Sequence record: NC_005066.1
DNA from: Escherichia phage RB49
DNA: 64,000 nt
Direction: 5' to 3' (one strand)
A model generated the notes under the pieces. The model saw only the letters and a list, made by a program, of their open reading frames with translations, searched no databases and was not told the DNA's origin. Each line of letters begins with the position of its first letter. Position 1 is the stretch's first letter. The translations under genes were made by a program, and so were the position numbers. Positions 44,235 to 57,468 of this stretch are shown piece by piece.

Positions 44235-46033
44235 AACAATTAATTAATATCGGTAACGTTGTTGATGACGGTACAGGTGATTATCTAAGAAAAGGCGGTC
44301 AAAAGATTAATGACAACTTTTCTGAACTTTATACTAAGCTGGGGGATGGTGATATCCCTCATGCATCCGGCGCGTGGAAAACTCACACACAACCAGTATT
44401 AAAACCAAATTTTGGTGATGCATGGGCGATTAATACAACGAACAACGCTGTTTCTGTTGAATTGCCTAAAGGAAGCGCGAGTGATTATAATAAAACAATT
44501 AAACTTCGTGATGTTTGGCGCTCATGGGCTGCACATAACGTAACATTGAAGCCAGCACAAGGTGATACCATTAAGGGATCTCCAATCGACCGTGAGTTGT
44601 ATAAAGATTTCATGGATGTTGAATTGGTTTATTGTGCGCCTGGACGTTGGGAATATGTCGAAAATAAACGAGTAGATACTATCACCACTTCCGATTTAAG
44701 CACAGTCGCTAAGGAAGTTTATATTGCAACCGAAGGACAAACAGACTTCCCCAATGTGTTTGGTTCCAATACTTACAATATTCGAAATGTTGAAGTGTAT
44801 TATCGCGGTAACTTGCTTTATTATGGCAAGGATTTAACCGATGATTCTAACTATGGTTCAATCGGTGAAAACGGTGATATTGTTCCTCTGGACGGTAAAA
44901 GCATTAAATTACGCTTCCCTTGTTCGGCGGGTGATACCATTCAAATCATCACTTATATGGACGGTATCGCATCCTTCCGGTCAAGCTATATTACTCATAC
45001 AATACGCGTTTATGAAACAGGAATGACCACTTTGGAATCCATCCCCGGTGAAGTTTGGGTTGGTGAACTAGCTAATAAGAAAGAATTTACTAATGCTGAA
45101 TTAGGCGTAAGTAAGCGAGATCTTATTAATCCAAATTCATTTGAATTGCTGATCAACGGCACACAAATGATTAAAGCGGGTGATGCGGATTTACCTTCCT
45201 TTATTTGTGAAGGTGCTGACGGTGAAACGGAAGAAACCTGCGTACTTGCTGGCGGTCAATGGGTGGAATCTGGGGAAGATTATTCATTGATGTTCGACGA
45301 AAACAGCGTGGTGACTGGTATTAAATTATCTAAAGCACTAGATAACCGAGATACTATCACAATTCGCTGGTTTAATAATGATATCGGAACATTAATGGAA
45401 TGGGACGGTGTAGGCGGTATTAAAGAAAAAGCAGATAAAATCTATCTTAATAACGAAGATGAAGTCACTCTGACAAATCGAATTGAATATACCGATTTCC
45501 AAAATCCAAGCCAAGCGACTAAACGCCCAATGGAAGATTATACAGGTCGTGTGATGGATATCTATTCCATATTCGATATTTTCTATCCTATAGGCACAAT
45601 TTATGAAAATGCGCATAACCCAGCTAACCCAGCGACCTATATGGGATTTGGTACATGGGTACGTTATGCAGAAAAAGAATTTTTAGTTGGTTGGTCTTCT
45701 GACGCAAGCGATCAAAACTTCGCACTAAACAACAACGATCTTGATACACATGGTCAACCTACACACACCGCAGGTGGTAACGGTGGTGATGTTGCATACC
45801 AGATCAAGAAAAATATGATTCCTGAATTACAGAGCGACGATCGAGTTCTTGTAAAAGATGATAATGGAAATATTATTATCGGTGGTTGTCAGGTAGACCC
45901 TGATGCAGTAGGTCCAGCGTTTACCAAATATCGCGAAGATAATGTTAAAGTTAATCAGGGAAATACCGACCCGTCAATGATTGGTATTCTTCCTCCATAC
46001 AGAACTGTCTATCGTTGGCTAAGGGTAGGTTAA
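44231..46033 (+). CDS. 10: baseplate wedge protein gp10
   Basis: 600 aa; synteny and size. Confidence 0.8.
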   Translation: MKQLINIGNVVDDGTGDYLRKGGQKINDNFSELYTKLGDGDIPHASGAWKTHTQPVLKPNFGDAWAINTTNNAVSVELPKGSASDYNKTIKLRDVWRSWAAHNVTLKPAQGDTIKGSPIDRELYKDFMDVELVYCAPGRWEYVENKRVDTITTSDLSTVAKEVYIATEGQTDFPNVFGSNTYNIRNVEVYYRGNLLYYGKDLTDDSNYGSIGENGDIVPLDGKSIKLRFPCSAGDTIQIITYMDGIASFRSSYITHTIRVYETGMTTLESIPGEVWVGELANKKEFTNAELGVSKRDLINPNSFELLINGTQMIKAGDADLPSFICEGADGETEETCVLAGGQWVESGEDYSLMFDENSVVTGIKLSKALDNRDTITIRWFNNDIGTLMEWDGVGGIKEKADKIYLNNEDEVTLTNRIEYTDFQNPSQATKRPMEDYTGRVMDIYSIFDIFYPIGTIYENAHNPANPATYMGFGTWVRYAEKEFLVGWSSDASDQNFALNNNDLDTHGQPTHTAGGNGGDVAYQIKKNMIPELQSDDRVLVKDDNGNIIIGGCQVDPDAVGPAFTKYREDNVKVNQGNTDPSMIGILPPYRTVYRWLRVG

Positions 46034-46034
46034 T

Positions 46035-46679
46035 ATGATTTCGAAAACACGTTCAAAAGCTAGTGTATTTTCCAGCGATGCGGCGTTTATTTCATACGAT
46101 CCAGGATCGAAAGATCCTGTTATCGGTGGTTCTCGTCCTATTGGTGGTGTTAATGTCGATCAATCAAGAAAAGGTTCCTATGTAAGCAACGTTCAATCTG
46201 CAATTGATGACCTTTATTCATTGTCAATGATCCGAATTGGTGATGTGTTGGTTACAACCAACTCAACTCCACCACAAGCCGCAGGACAGATTGAAACTCT
46301 GTCATTTTCTGGTTCTGTTAACAATCAGCATAATCCAGACGCAAACAAAGTATTAATTGATGTTTTGGGTTATCCATTTATTGTTGATGTTGGGTCTTCC
46401 GGCGTTTCTCTATGTGAGAAAGTAACGGAAAAATTTACCGAACTAATGAATAAAAACATTATGTTCAAAGAAGTAAAAAGAAAAGGAAGTAGCAACGACC
46501 AATTAGAAATTCACTATATCGATTCTCTTGAACACCCACCAACCGATATTAACAAGTACGGAATTACAATTACAGGAAATGTTGATTCTCCTGCTCGTGT
46601 TGGTTATGGTTCATGGTCTCGAATGGGTACAGAAGAGAAATTTGGAACTACCCTATATTATTTCAAACGTATTGCATAA
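46035..46679 (+). CDS. 11: baseplate wedge protein gp11
   Basis: 214 aa; synteny and size. Confidence 0.8.
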   Translation: MISKTRSKASVFSSDAAFISYDPGSKDPVIGGSRPIGGVNVDQSRKGSYVSNVQSAIDDLYSLSMIRIGDVLVTTNSTPPQAAGQIETLSFSGSVNNQHNPDANKVLIDVLGYPFIVDVGSSGVSLCEKVTEKFTELMNKNIMFKEVKRKGSSNDQLEIHYIDSLEHPPTDINKYGITITGNVDSPARVGYGSWSRMGTEEKFGTTLYYFKRIA

Positions 46680-46690
46680 GGTGATGTATA

Positions 46691-48091
46691 ATGGCAAACA
46701 ATACTATTAACCATGTAAAAGACGATGCTCAATACGTCAAGTTTAACCCTGTAAATGATTGGCCTCAAAGCATTACCAACGTACAAGCGGCTTTAGCCGC
46801 TATTAATGGCTTTGCCGTAAATGGATTACCGGACGCTACGGAAGATACAGCCGGGATCGCTGCAATCGCAACTCAGGAAGAAGTAAACGACGGGACAGTA
46901 GACAATAAGATCGTGACTCCAAAAACACTGGCTGTTAAAATGTCACGTCCAGATGCTACAAAAGAAGTAAAAGGCATTACCCGATTTGCCACGATGGAAG
47001 AATCGCTGCAAGAGAGCAACGAGAACATGGCAATCGGTCCAGACACACTAAACCATTACTTCACCACTAAAAAGGCGTCAGAGAGCGTTCAGGGGACTAT
47101 TAAGATATGTTCTCTTGAGGCGGCAAAGATTGGCAGTGATGACACAATGGCAGTAACACCGAAAAAGATGCACACTGCCATTGCACAGATTGTACCGGGA
47201 TTAATTCCAGATCAAAACACAGCAACAGAAAGCGCACAGGGTTTAGTTCAGTTAGCAACTAATGCGCAGGTTTTACAAGGCCAGATTCGAGAAGGTTTTG
47301 CAATTAGTCCTTATGCATTTGCAAATGCTCGCGCCAATGAGAATCAGGCGGGTACTGTTAAGATCGCCAGCCAGTCACAGATGAATGCTGGTTCAGATGA
47401 TACTGTAGTTGTTTCTGCTAAGAAGTTTGCAAGCACTAAGGCAACAACGTCTCAATACGGTATTGTTAAACTACGAGACACCGTGGGAAGTGAGGCTAAC
47501 GCTGCATTATCAGCAAATGCTAAGGTTCTTCCGAGCACTGGCGGTACGGTAAGCGGAAACGTCTATAAAGGTTCTAACTCAGACGGCAACCAGTTTGTTA
47601 CTAAAAATGAATTAGCGAATCACGCAATGCCAATTGGTGGTATTATCCTTTCTGGATTCAATGCGGATCGCGGCGACTTTCTGATCTGTAATGGTCGTTC
47701 ACTGAATAAAAATCAATATCCGCAATTATTTTCTGCGATTGGTTATACCTTTGGTGGTTCAGGTGACAATTTTAACCTTCCTGATATGCGCGGTTTAGTT
47801 GCTCGTGGTTGCGATCATGGAAGAAACCTTGATCCAGGTCGTCGATTTGGTTCTTATCAAGAAGACGCAATGCAGAGAATTACTGGTAAATTCCCTGTAG
47901 CTGACCGCTGGCGCGGTTGGTATGGTGGCGCATTTACTGCACAGCGCGGTCAATGGAGCACGAACTATAAAAACGGTGGTGGTGATGATTGGGGTACTAC
48001 TGTTAACTTTGACTCAGGAAGATCCGTAAGAACGGCTAACGAGACTCGCGTCAAGAGTCTGGCATTAAACTATATCATAAGGGTGCGCTAA
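46691..48091 (+). CDS. 12: short tail fiber protein gp12
   Basis: 466 aa; Ala/Thr/Gly-rich fibrous repeats; synteny. Confidence 0.8.
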   Translation: MANNTINHVKDDAQYVKFNPVNDWPQSITNVQAALAAINGFAVNGLPDATEDTAGIAAIATQEEVNDGTVDNKIVTPKTLAVKMSRPDATKEVKGITRFATMEESLQESNENMAIGPDTLNHYFTTKKASESVQGTIKICSLEAAKIGSDDTMAVTPKKMHTAIAQIVPGLIPDQNTATESAQGLVQLATNAQVLQGQIREGFAISPYAFANARANENQAGTVKIASQSQMNAGSDDTVVVSAKKFASTKATTSQYGIVKLRDTVGSEANAALSANAKVLPSTGGTVSGNVYKGSNSDGNQFVTKNELANHAMPIGGIILSGFNADRGDFLICNGRSLNKNQYPQLFSAIGYTFGGSGDNFNLPDMRGLVARGCDHGRNLDPGRRFGSYQEDAMQRITGKFPVADRWRGWYGGAFTAQRGQWSTNYKNGGGDDWGTTVNFDSGRSVRTANETRVKSLALNYIIRVR

Positions 48092-49860
48092 TGATTGAAC
48101 AATTAAACATCCACGAGATCCCACATGTTGACGGTGTACCAAGCGAAGGACAGCACCGTATTATTTGGATCAAGAATGGCGAATGTTTAAGCGCAGCAAC
48201 GACACAGACTGGCAATGACGGGACGCTTAACCGCGCCCCGGTTGCAATTCAAGAAAACGTTGCACGCGTAAACGAAAACGCAAAATCAACCGTCGCTAAA
48301 GTTAACGAGGTTGTAACGGCGGTTAACGATATTAAAACAACTTTAGGGGTCATTTCTGACGGAAGTATCATTGATGTGGTTAACCAGACTGTCGCAAAAG
48401 TTGAATCCGTCGAAGAGAACTTAGGAGAAACAGCAAGAACTCTACAAACAACGGTAGACGCTGTATCAGAACTTAACATCAAGATTGGTGATCGCCCCGC
48501 TGCCGATCCGAGCACAAGAACAATCTATGATGACATTTCTTTCATCAAACAAGAAATGGGTTCTTATCCTAACTTTAATATCAATGGTTCCCCTGATGCT
48601 GGCAGTTCCGGTTCTGGCATCAAATACCGAGTTATTCAGAATACCGCAGCATTAAATGACCACGGTCGCCGAATCGTTCAGCTTGAAAACGACTGGCAAG
48701 ATTCTGACGTAGGCGAGTTAACAAGACAAGTTAACAAAATGCGCAGTGAGATCGGCGACACGTCTCTTGCAACACAAGAAAATGTGTATGTTCGTCTCCG
48801 CACCAACGCAAGAAATATTGCTAACTTATCAAACGAAGTTCTAGAAGTCAAGAAAGCAATTTTGTTTGATTCAATCCCTGATATCGGGACTAAAGTCACT
48901 ACGCTGGGAACTAATTATGAACTTCTAAACAATGATGTTAATGGTGTAGATTCCGGTATTCGTCCTCGTCTTCTGGCTGTCGAGAATAAGATCGGAACGC
49001 CTCAATCGGCTGGAAGCATTGATTATCGATTAACCAACACAGAGCGAGAATTTTTAGATCTTAAACAGGTTGTTGGTGTAAGCGGTGCTGACGGTTTGCG
49101 CGGTGAAGTTGTTCGACTTTCCAATGAGATTGGCACTGACAGCGATCGACATACTCTAGCCGGACGTATTAAAGTTGTAGAAAACACTCAGGGTCGGTTA
49201 GAAGCAAGCGTACAGGACATGGAACAGATTGTAGGTGATCGCGAATCAGGTTTGACCGCTGGCGTTATTAAACTATCAAGTGATATCTATGGTGATGATG
49301 GTTCAGAAGATCCATTTACTCAGAAAGGCGTGATTAAAATCGTCAAAGAGCTACAAACATCTAACGGAAACAAAGTAGATGATGTACCTGATGACGGTTT
49401 CCATTATCTTCGTAAGCGCGGAGAATGGGTGCAAGTTGCATATGCTGCTGGAGCATTTAAAAATACCGCAGATATTACGGTTGAACTTGACGAACAGGAT
49501 GTTTATAAACCGATTCCACTTAACGACATGGCGGAAGAAGTTAATGCGCGTCAAATGGTGAAAAGTGAATCTGTTGTTACCGTTCAGGACAAAGGTTTAT
49601 TCCGTTGTGTATTCCGTTGTGCTGTACAAGCTCAACATAATGCAACATTCATTGTTGCGATTTTCAAAAATGGACAGATGGTACATGAAGCGAAAAATGG
49701 TCATTACGGCACAGACGAATTGATCAGCTATTCTACCAGTGCTTTCCTAAATATTGAAAATGGCGATCAGATTAACATCCGTATTAAGGGTGTATCTGCC
49801 GAAGCAGTAGCACAGCCAGTACAAATTAAAGAGTTCCTCTTTGGGATTTCTCCGGTATAA
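48091..49860 (+). CDS. wac: fibritin (whisker) with extra C-terminal domain
   Basis: 589 aa; N-terminus IPHVDGVPSEGQHRIIWIKNGE like T4 wac; foldon-like DGFHYLRKRGEWVQV about 140 aa before the C-terminus. Confidence 0.85.
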   Translation: MIEQLNIHEIPHVDGVPSEGQHRIIWIKNGECLSAATTQTGNDGTLNRAPVAIQENVARVNENAKSTVAKVNEVVTAVNDIKTTLGVISDGSIIDVVNQTVAKVESVEENLGETARTLQTTVDAVSELNIKIGDRPAADPSTRTIYDDISFIKQEMGSYPNFNINGSPDAGSSGSGIKYRVIQNTAALNDHGRRIVQLENDWQDSDVGELTRQVNKMRSEIGDTSLATQENVYVRLRTNARNIANLSNEVLEVKKAILFDSIPDIGTKVTTLGTNYELLNNDVNGVDSGIRPRLLAVENKIGTPQSAGSIDYRLTNTEREFLDLKQVVGVSGADGLRGEVVRLSNEIGTDSDRHTLAGRIKVVENTQGRLEASVQDMEQIVGDRESGLTAGVIKLSSDIYGDDGSEDPFTQKGVIKIVKELQTSNGNKVDDVPDDGFHYLRKRGEWVQVAYAAGAFKNTADITVELDEQDVYKPIPLNDMAEEVNARQMVKSESVVTVQDKGLFRCVFRCAVQAQHNATFIVAIFKNGQMVHEAKNGHYGTDELISYSTSAFLNIENGDQINIRIKGVSAEAVAQPVQIKEFLFGISPV

Positions 49861-49867
49861 GAAATTA

Positions 49868-49890
49868 AAGGGGCGTTAAGCCCCTTTTTC
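49868..49890 (+). terminator. rho-independent terminator downstream of wac
   Basis: aggggc-gttaa-gcccct followed by TTTTT. Confidence 0.65.
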
Positions 49891-49906
49891 GTTTATAGGT
49901 GATATT

Positions 49907-50839
49907 ATGTCAGGATATGTAACCAATAACCCAAGAGAATTAAAAGACGCTATTCTGCGTCGTTTAGGCGCACCAGTAATTAACGTAGAAGTAACAGAAG
50001 ACCAGATTTACGATTGTATTCAGAGAGCACTAGAACTCTATGGGGAATATCATTTCGATGGTGTGAATAAAGGATATAAAGTATTTCGTGTTAGTGCAGA
50101 GCAAGCGCAACACGGGGTATTTGATTTAAGCGATTCTGGTGTATTTGCAGTAACTAAAATAATTCGAACAAACGTAGGTAGCGCGGCTACGATGGATGGT
50201 ACTGCCGTTTATCCGTGGTTCACCGACTTTCTGTTGGGTTTAGCGGGTGTAAATGGCGGTTTAGGATCTGGCTGTAGTAAATTTTATGGTCCAAATGCAA
50301 TGGGTGGTGATCTAGGATATTTCGAACAGCTTATGAGCTATAGAGCCACTATGCAAAATATGCTCAATCCGCTGCCAGATTATTGGTATAACAGCGCAAA
50401 CGGACAACTTAAGATAACAGGAAACTTCCGAGAAGGTGATCTCATTGTTGTTGAATTATATGTTAAAAGCTATGTAGACGTTCCTGATATGATCGGCGCG
50501 GTTGCTGGTTATGCTCATGCGGGAGGATGTTCTACCGCTGGCGGGATTAGCGCCGTTTATGATAATCCAACTGCTGGTTTAAGCGGGATTGTTGCTGGCA
50601 TGGGACCGATCAGTGAGAACAAGCAGGGCGCATATAATAACCGTTGGGTTAAAGACATGGCAACCGCTTTCACTAAGGAGGTGTGGGGGTCCATCATGGC
50701 TAAACATCAAGGTCTGCAATTACCCGGCGGTGTCACTGTTGATGGTATCCGAATCATTGAAGAAGCACGCGCCGACATAGAGAAATTGCGACAAGAACTA
50801 GAATTATTAGATCCTCCGTTCGGCATCCTCATGATTTGA
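49907..50839 (+). CDS. 13: neck protein gp13
   Basis: 310 aa; synteny and size. Confidence 0.8.
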   Translation: MSGYVTNNPRELKDAILRRLGAPVINVEVTEDQIYDCIQRALELYGEYHFDGVNKGYKVFRVSAEQAQHGVFDLSDSGVFAVTKIIRTNVGSAATMDGTAVYPWFTDFLLGLAGVNGGLGSGCSKFYGPNAMGGDLGYFEQLMSYRATMQNMLNPLPDYWYNSANGQLKITGNFREGDLIVVELYVKSYVDVPDMIGAVAGYAHAGGCSTAGGISAVYDNPTAGLSGIVAGMGPISENKQGAYNNRWVKDMATAFTKEVWGSIMAKHQGLQLPGGVTVDGIRIIEEARADIEKLRQELELLDPPFGILMI

Positions 50840-50875
50840 TTTATTGGGGGAGTATTCCCCCATTTGGAGTAACAT

Positions 50876-51616
50876 ATGTTTAACAACACTCTTTTTGCTC
50901 GCCTTGAATCGCAAAAGGATTATGAGAATACACGACAAACAGAGATTCTTAATCCTTATGTGAACTTTCACAAATATACAAATACTCAGACGTTAGCCGA
51001 CGTTATGGTCGCCGAAGCTATTCAGATGCGAGGTGTAGAATTATATTACATCCCTCGTGAATTTGTCAAACCAGATATGATCTTTGGTGAGGATGTTCAA
51101 AGCAAATTTACTAAAGCATGGAAATTTGCGGCTTATATTAACTCATTTGATGGGTATGAAGGAGCGGGTAATTTCTTCTCTAGTTTCGGGTATCAAGCTA
51201 ATGATGAACTAACTTTTACGGTTAACCCCAACCTATTCAAACATCAAGTAGATGATCAAGAGCCAAAATCAGGTGACTTAATTTATATTCCAATGAGTAA
51301 TGATTTATTTGAAATTAATTACGTTGAGCCATATCAGCCGTTTTTTCAGGCTGGCAAAAATGCCATGCGTAAAATTATTGCAGAGAAATTCGTGTATAGC
51401 GGTGAGGAATTGCGACCAGAATTACAACGCAATGAGGGAATTAATGTTGATGAGTTTGCGGATCTGGATCTTGCACCGATCACTAATCTGGACGGGTTAA
51501 CAGATATCAACTTAGATCAGTACAAAGAAGATAAGCAATTCAGAAGCGAAGGACAAGATTTTATTGATCCGTTTGATCCTATTAATGGCAAGGGTTCACC
51601 TTTCGCCGATTTTTGA
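50876..51616 (+). CDS. 14: neck protein gp14
   Basis: 246 aa; synteny. Confidence 0.8.
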   Translation: MFNNTLFARLESQKDYENTRQTEILNPYVNFHKYTNTQTLADVMVAEAIQMRGVELYYIPREFVKPDMIFGEDVQSKFTKAWKFAAYINSFDGYEGAGNFFSSFGYQANDELTFTVNPNLFKHQVDDQEPKSGDLIYIPMSNDLFEINYVEPYQPFFQAGKNAMRKIIAEKFVYSGEELRPELQRNEGINVDEFADLDLAPITNLDGLTDINLDQYKEDKQFRSEGQDFIDPFDPINGKGSPFADF

Positions 51617-52476
51617 TAAATACTCATAAACAAGGGGGTCAAATGTTCGGTTGGCACTATAATTCGTCAATTAGAAGGTATATTGTATTGCTGGGTAATT
51701 TATTCTCCGGCGTACAAATTAAAAGGGTGCGTAGTGACGGTGAGCGGTTTATTAAAGTTCCTATCACCTACGCAAAGAAAGAAAAATTCATGATGAGTCT
51801 GGACAAATATAACAATATCTCAAGTGAGGAAGACGTAGCAAAGGTAGAAACTATTTTACCGCGTATGTGTCTTTCTTTGATTGATATGACATACGCCCAG
51901 AACTTTAAAACAAATATTGCAAATAAGACAGTACCAAAATATACGGCTGATGGAATCAGGAGTGTGACACAATATAATCCTGTACCATATAAGTTTACTT
52001 TCGAGTTAGGGATTTATACGCGTAACGAAGATGATATGTTTCAGATAATTGAACAGATTCTTCCTTACTTCCAGCCTCATTTTAACTGTAAGATTAAAGA
52101 ACTACACGGTAATGATGTATGGATTGATCGAGATATTCAGGTCACAATTAGTTCTATTACTCCAGATGAACAGGTAGGCGAAGATAAGTTTTCTCGTCGT
52201 CGTCTTGAGTGGACTATTATGTTCGAATTTATCGGGTTTATATATCCTCCCGCTACCGACGTTAAGGGGGAAATTAGAACGATTTATCTTGATTTTCATG
52301 CCAATTCTCGTGAATTGAATCCTAGCGGTAATTTTGAATCAGTGGATCACGAGGTCGTTAAACGTGACGTCGAGCAAGAAGATTGGGACGGAACAATCAA
52401 AGAATCATATTCTAGTGATATTCCAATACCAGTTGCACCAACTCCACCGGGTCCACGTATTGTAAGAGAATTTTAA
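51613..52476 (+). CDS. 15: tail sheath stabiliser / completion protein gp15
   Basis: 287 aa; synteny. Confidence 0.8.
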   Translation: MINTHKQGGQMFGWHYNSSIRRYIVLLGNLFSGVQIKRVRSDGERFIKVPITYAKKEKFMMSLDKYNNISSEEDVAKVETILPRMCLSLIDMTYAQNFKTNIANKTVPKYTADGIRSVTQYNPVPYKFTFELGIYTRNEDDMFQIIEQILPYFQPHFNCKIKELHGNDVWIDRDIQVTISSITPDEQVGEDKFSRRRLEWTIMFEFIGFIYPPATDVKGEIRTIYLDFHANSRELNPSGNFESVDHEVVKRDVEQEDWDGTIKESYSSDIPIPVAPTPPGPRIVREF

Positions 52477-52489
52477 GAGGTATTTTATT

Positions 52490-54810
<2,321 letters not shown>

Positions 54811-54841
54811 CGATAATGCATAAAAAGATGAGGAAATTCTA

Positions 54842-56842
54842 ATGACTCTATTATCACCGGGTTTCGAAACGAAAGAAACTACTCTCTCCACTACCATTGT
54901 GCAATCTGAGACTGGTCGCGCGGCACTGGTAGGTAAATTCCAATGGGGTCCAGCTTTCCAGATTATTCAAGTAACTAATGAAGTTGAATTAGTTAATAAA
55001 TTTGGTCAGCCGGATAATAACACCGCAGACTATTTCATGAGCGGGGCTAACTTCCTCCAGTACGGTAATGATCTGCGTGTTGTTCGTGTATTGAATAAAG
55101 AAAAAGCGAAAAACGCAACCGCACTGGCTGGTAACGTCGAGTTTGAAATCACAAACGAAGGTTCAAACTATGAAGTAGGCGATACTATCAAGATTAAACA
55201 TAACCGTCAAGATATTGAAACGGCGGGTAAAGTAACTAAAGTTGATGGTGATGGTAAAGTTAAGGGCGTATTTATCCCAACTGGTAAAATTATCGCTCAC
55301 GCTAAAGCAATCGGTGTATATCCAGAACTCGATGGCGGTTGGACGGCAGAGTTCACTTCTTCGTCAGGTAACGGTAGTGCGGCGCTGTCAGTAACTAAAA
55401 TTGTCACTGATTCCGGTCTTCTGTTAACGGATCTGGAAACTTCCCGCGCCAATATCACAAATCAAACTTTCTTGACTAAACTCAAGAAATATGATATGCC
55501 AGCGGTAAGCGCGATCTATGCTGGTGAGATTGGAAACTCGCTGGAAGTTGAAATTCTGGCGCGTAGTGCGTTTAAGAACACTGCACCGGATCTGACCATG
55601 TATCCTTATGGTGGCGAGCGCACCGCAGCACGCAACCTGATTCCATATGCACCGCAGAATGATAATCAATATGCATTTATTGTTCGTCGCGATGGTGTTG
55701 TGGTAGAATCCTATGTACTGTCTACTCTGAAAGGGGATAAAGACGTATATGGCAATTCTATCTACATGGACGACTTCTTTGCTCGCGGTTCTAGCCAGTA
55801 CATCTATGCAACCGCTCAAGGGTGGGTAGATGGTTTCAGTGGTATTATCTCTCTTGCTGGTGGTGTTTCTGCTAACGAAGCAACGACTGGTGGAGTTGGT
55901 GCTGATCCGTTCATCGGTGCGATGATGCAAGGTTGGGATCTGTTTGCTGAACGAGAATCTATTCACGTAAACCTGTTGATCGCTGGTGCATGTGCTGGCG
56001 AAGGCGATGCGTTCTCTACCGTACAGAAACATGCTGTTTCCATCGGTGATGAGCGTCAGGATTGCTTAGTAATGGTTTCTCCGCCGCGTAGCACTGTTGT
56101 TAATATTCCGGTGACTACCGCAATTGATAACCTGATTGCATGGCGCGAAGGTTCAGGAAACTATAATGAAAACAACATGAACATTAATACCACTTACGCG
56201 GTTATTGATGGTAACTACAAATATCAGTATGACAAATACAACGACGTAAACCGTTGGGTTCCGTTGGCTGCTGATATTGCTGGTTTGTGCGCTCGTACTG
56301 ATGCTGTATCCCAGCCGTGGATGAGTCCGGCAGGTTATAACCGTGGTCAGATCATGAACGTGGTTAAACTGGCAATTGAGCCTCGCAAGGCGCACCGCGA
56401 TCGTCTGTATCAGGCCGCAATTAACCCGGTGATCGGTGCTGGTGGTGAAGGGTTTATCCTGATGGGTGATAAAACCGCTACGACTGTTCCCAGCCCGTTT
56501 GACCGCATTAACGTTCGTCGTCTGTTTAACATGCTGAAAAAGAATATCGGCGATTCAAGCAAATACAAACTGTTTGAAAACAACGATAACTTTACTCGCG
56601 CTTCCTTCCGTATGGAGGTTTCGCAATATCTCAGCACGATTCGCTCTCTGGGTGGCATTTATGACTTCCGAGTACAATGCGACACCACGAATAACACGCC
56701 GGATGTAATTGATCGTAACGAATTTGTTGCTAGTATGTTCATCAAACCAGCAAAATCGATCAACTATATCATGCTCAATTTCACTGCTGTTGCAACTGGT
56801 TCTGATTTTGACGAAATTATCGGTCCAGCTAACCAGGCATAA
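54842..56842 (+). CDS. 18: tail sheath protein gp18
   Basis: 666 aa; synteny and strong resemblance to T4 gp18. Confidence 0.93.
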   Translation: MTLLSPGFETKETTLSTTIVQSETGRAALVGKFQWGPAFQIIQVTNEVELVNKFGQPDNNTADYFMSGANFLQYGNDLRVVRVLNKEKAKNATALAGNVEFEITNEGSNYEVGDTIKIKHNRQDIETAGKVTKVDGDGKVKGVFIPTGKIIAHAKAIGVYPELDGGWTAEFTSSSGNGSAALSVTKIVTDSGLLLTDLETSRANITNQTFLTKLKKYDMPAVSAIYAGEIGNSLEVEILARSAFKNTAPDLTMYPYGGERTAARNLIPYAPQNDNQYAFIVRRDGVVVESYVLSTLKGDKDVYGNSIYMDDFFARGSSQYIYATAQGWVDGFSGIISLAGGVSANEATTGGVGADPFIGAMMQGWDLFAERESIHVNLLIAGACAGEGDAFSTVQKHAVSIGDERQDCLVMVSPPRSTVVNIPVTTAIDNLIAWREGSGNYNENNMNINTTYAVIDGNYKYQYDKYNDVNRWVPLAADIAGLCARTDAVSQPWMSPAGYNRGQIMNVVKLAIEPRKAHRDRLYQAAINPVIGAGGEGFILMGDKTATTVPSPFDRINVRRLFNMLKKNIGDSSKYKLFENNDNFTRASFRMEVSQYLSTIRSLGGIYDFRVQCDTTNNTPDVIDRNEFVASMFIKPAKSINYIMLNFTAVATGSDFDEIIGPANQA

Positions 56843-56876
56843 TCAGTAAATTAGCATAGATTAAAAGTTAAATCAA

Positions 56877-56895
56877 GCGGGGAGAAAATCCCCGC
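56877..56895 (+). other. GC-rich stem-loop gcggggagaaaatccccgc upstream of gene 19
   Basis: 7 bp GC stem, 5 nt loop, no T-run; near-identical hairpin at 57423-57441. Confidence 0.5.
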
Positions 56896-56915
56896 TCTAC
56901 TAAGGAATATCAATT

Positions 56916-57410
56916 ATGGCACTCGATTTGAATGATATTACACGCGGTTTCGAGTCTGGCGATTTTGCTCGTCCTAACCTGTTTGAAGTTGAGATCCCGT
57001 ATCTGGGGCAAAACTTTAAGCTGATGTGTAAGGCTGCGACTGTCCCGGCTGCTACCGTAGAAAAAATTGCTATAGGCTATCAAAACCGTAAAATTAACAT
57101 CGCTGGCGACCGTGTATACGACGACTGGACCATCACTGTATTCAACGATGACGCACACAAGATCCGTGATGCTATCGTTGCATGGAGCGATCAGACACAT
57201 GGCACTGGTTCGGCGATCACTGGTGCAACTCCTGCACAATATAAGAAACAAGCTATTGTTCGTCAACTTAACCGTAACACCGAATCAACTAGCGAAAAAA
57301 CATTGTACGGTATTTTCCCTACCAACGTTGGTGAAGTAACCCTCGATTGGGAACAAAACAACGAAGTTGAAACGTTTGAAGTTACTTTTGCTATCGATTG
57401 GGTAGAATAA
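56916..57410 (+). CDS. 19: tail tube protein gp19
   Basis: 164 aa; synteny. Confidence 0.9.
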   Translation: MALDLNDITRGFESGDFARPNLFEVEIPYLGQNFKLMCKAATVPAATVEKIAIGYQNRKINIAGDRVYDDWTITVFNDDAHKIRDAIVAWSDQTHGTGSAITGATPAQYKKQAIVRQLNRNTESTSEKTLYGIFPTNVGEVTLDWEQNNEVETFEVTFAIDWVE

Positions 57411-57422
57411 ATATATTATCAT

Positions 57423-57441
57423 GCGGGGAGAAGTTCCCCGC
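57423..57441 (+). other. GC-rich stem-loop gcggggagaagttccccgc upstream of gene 20
   Basis: Paralogous to the hairpin at 56877-56895. Confidence 0.5.
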
Positions 57442-57468
57442 CTAATTTCTCCCAATTCGAGGTGAATA

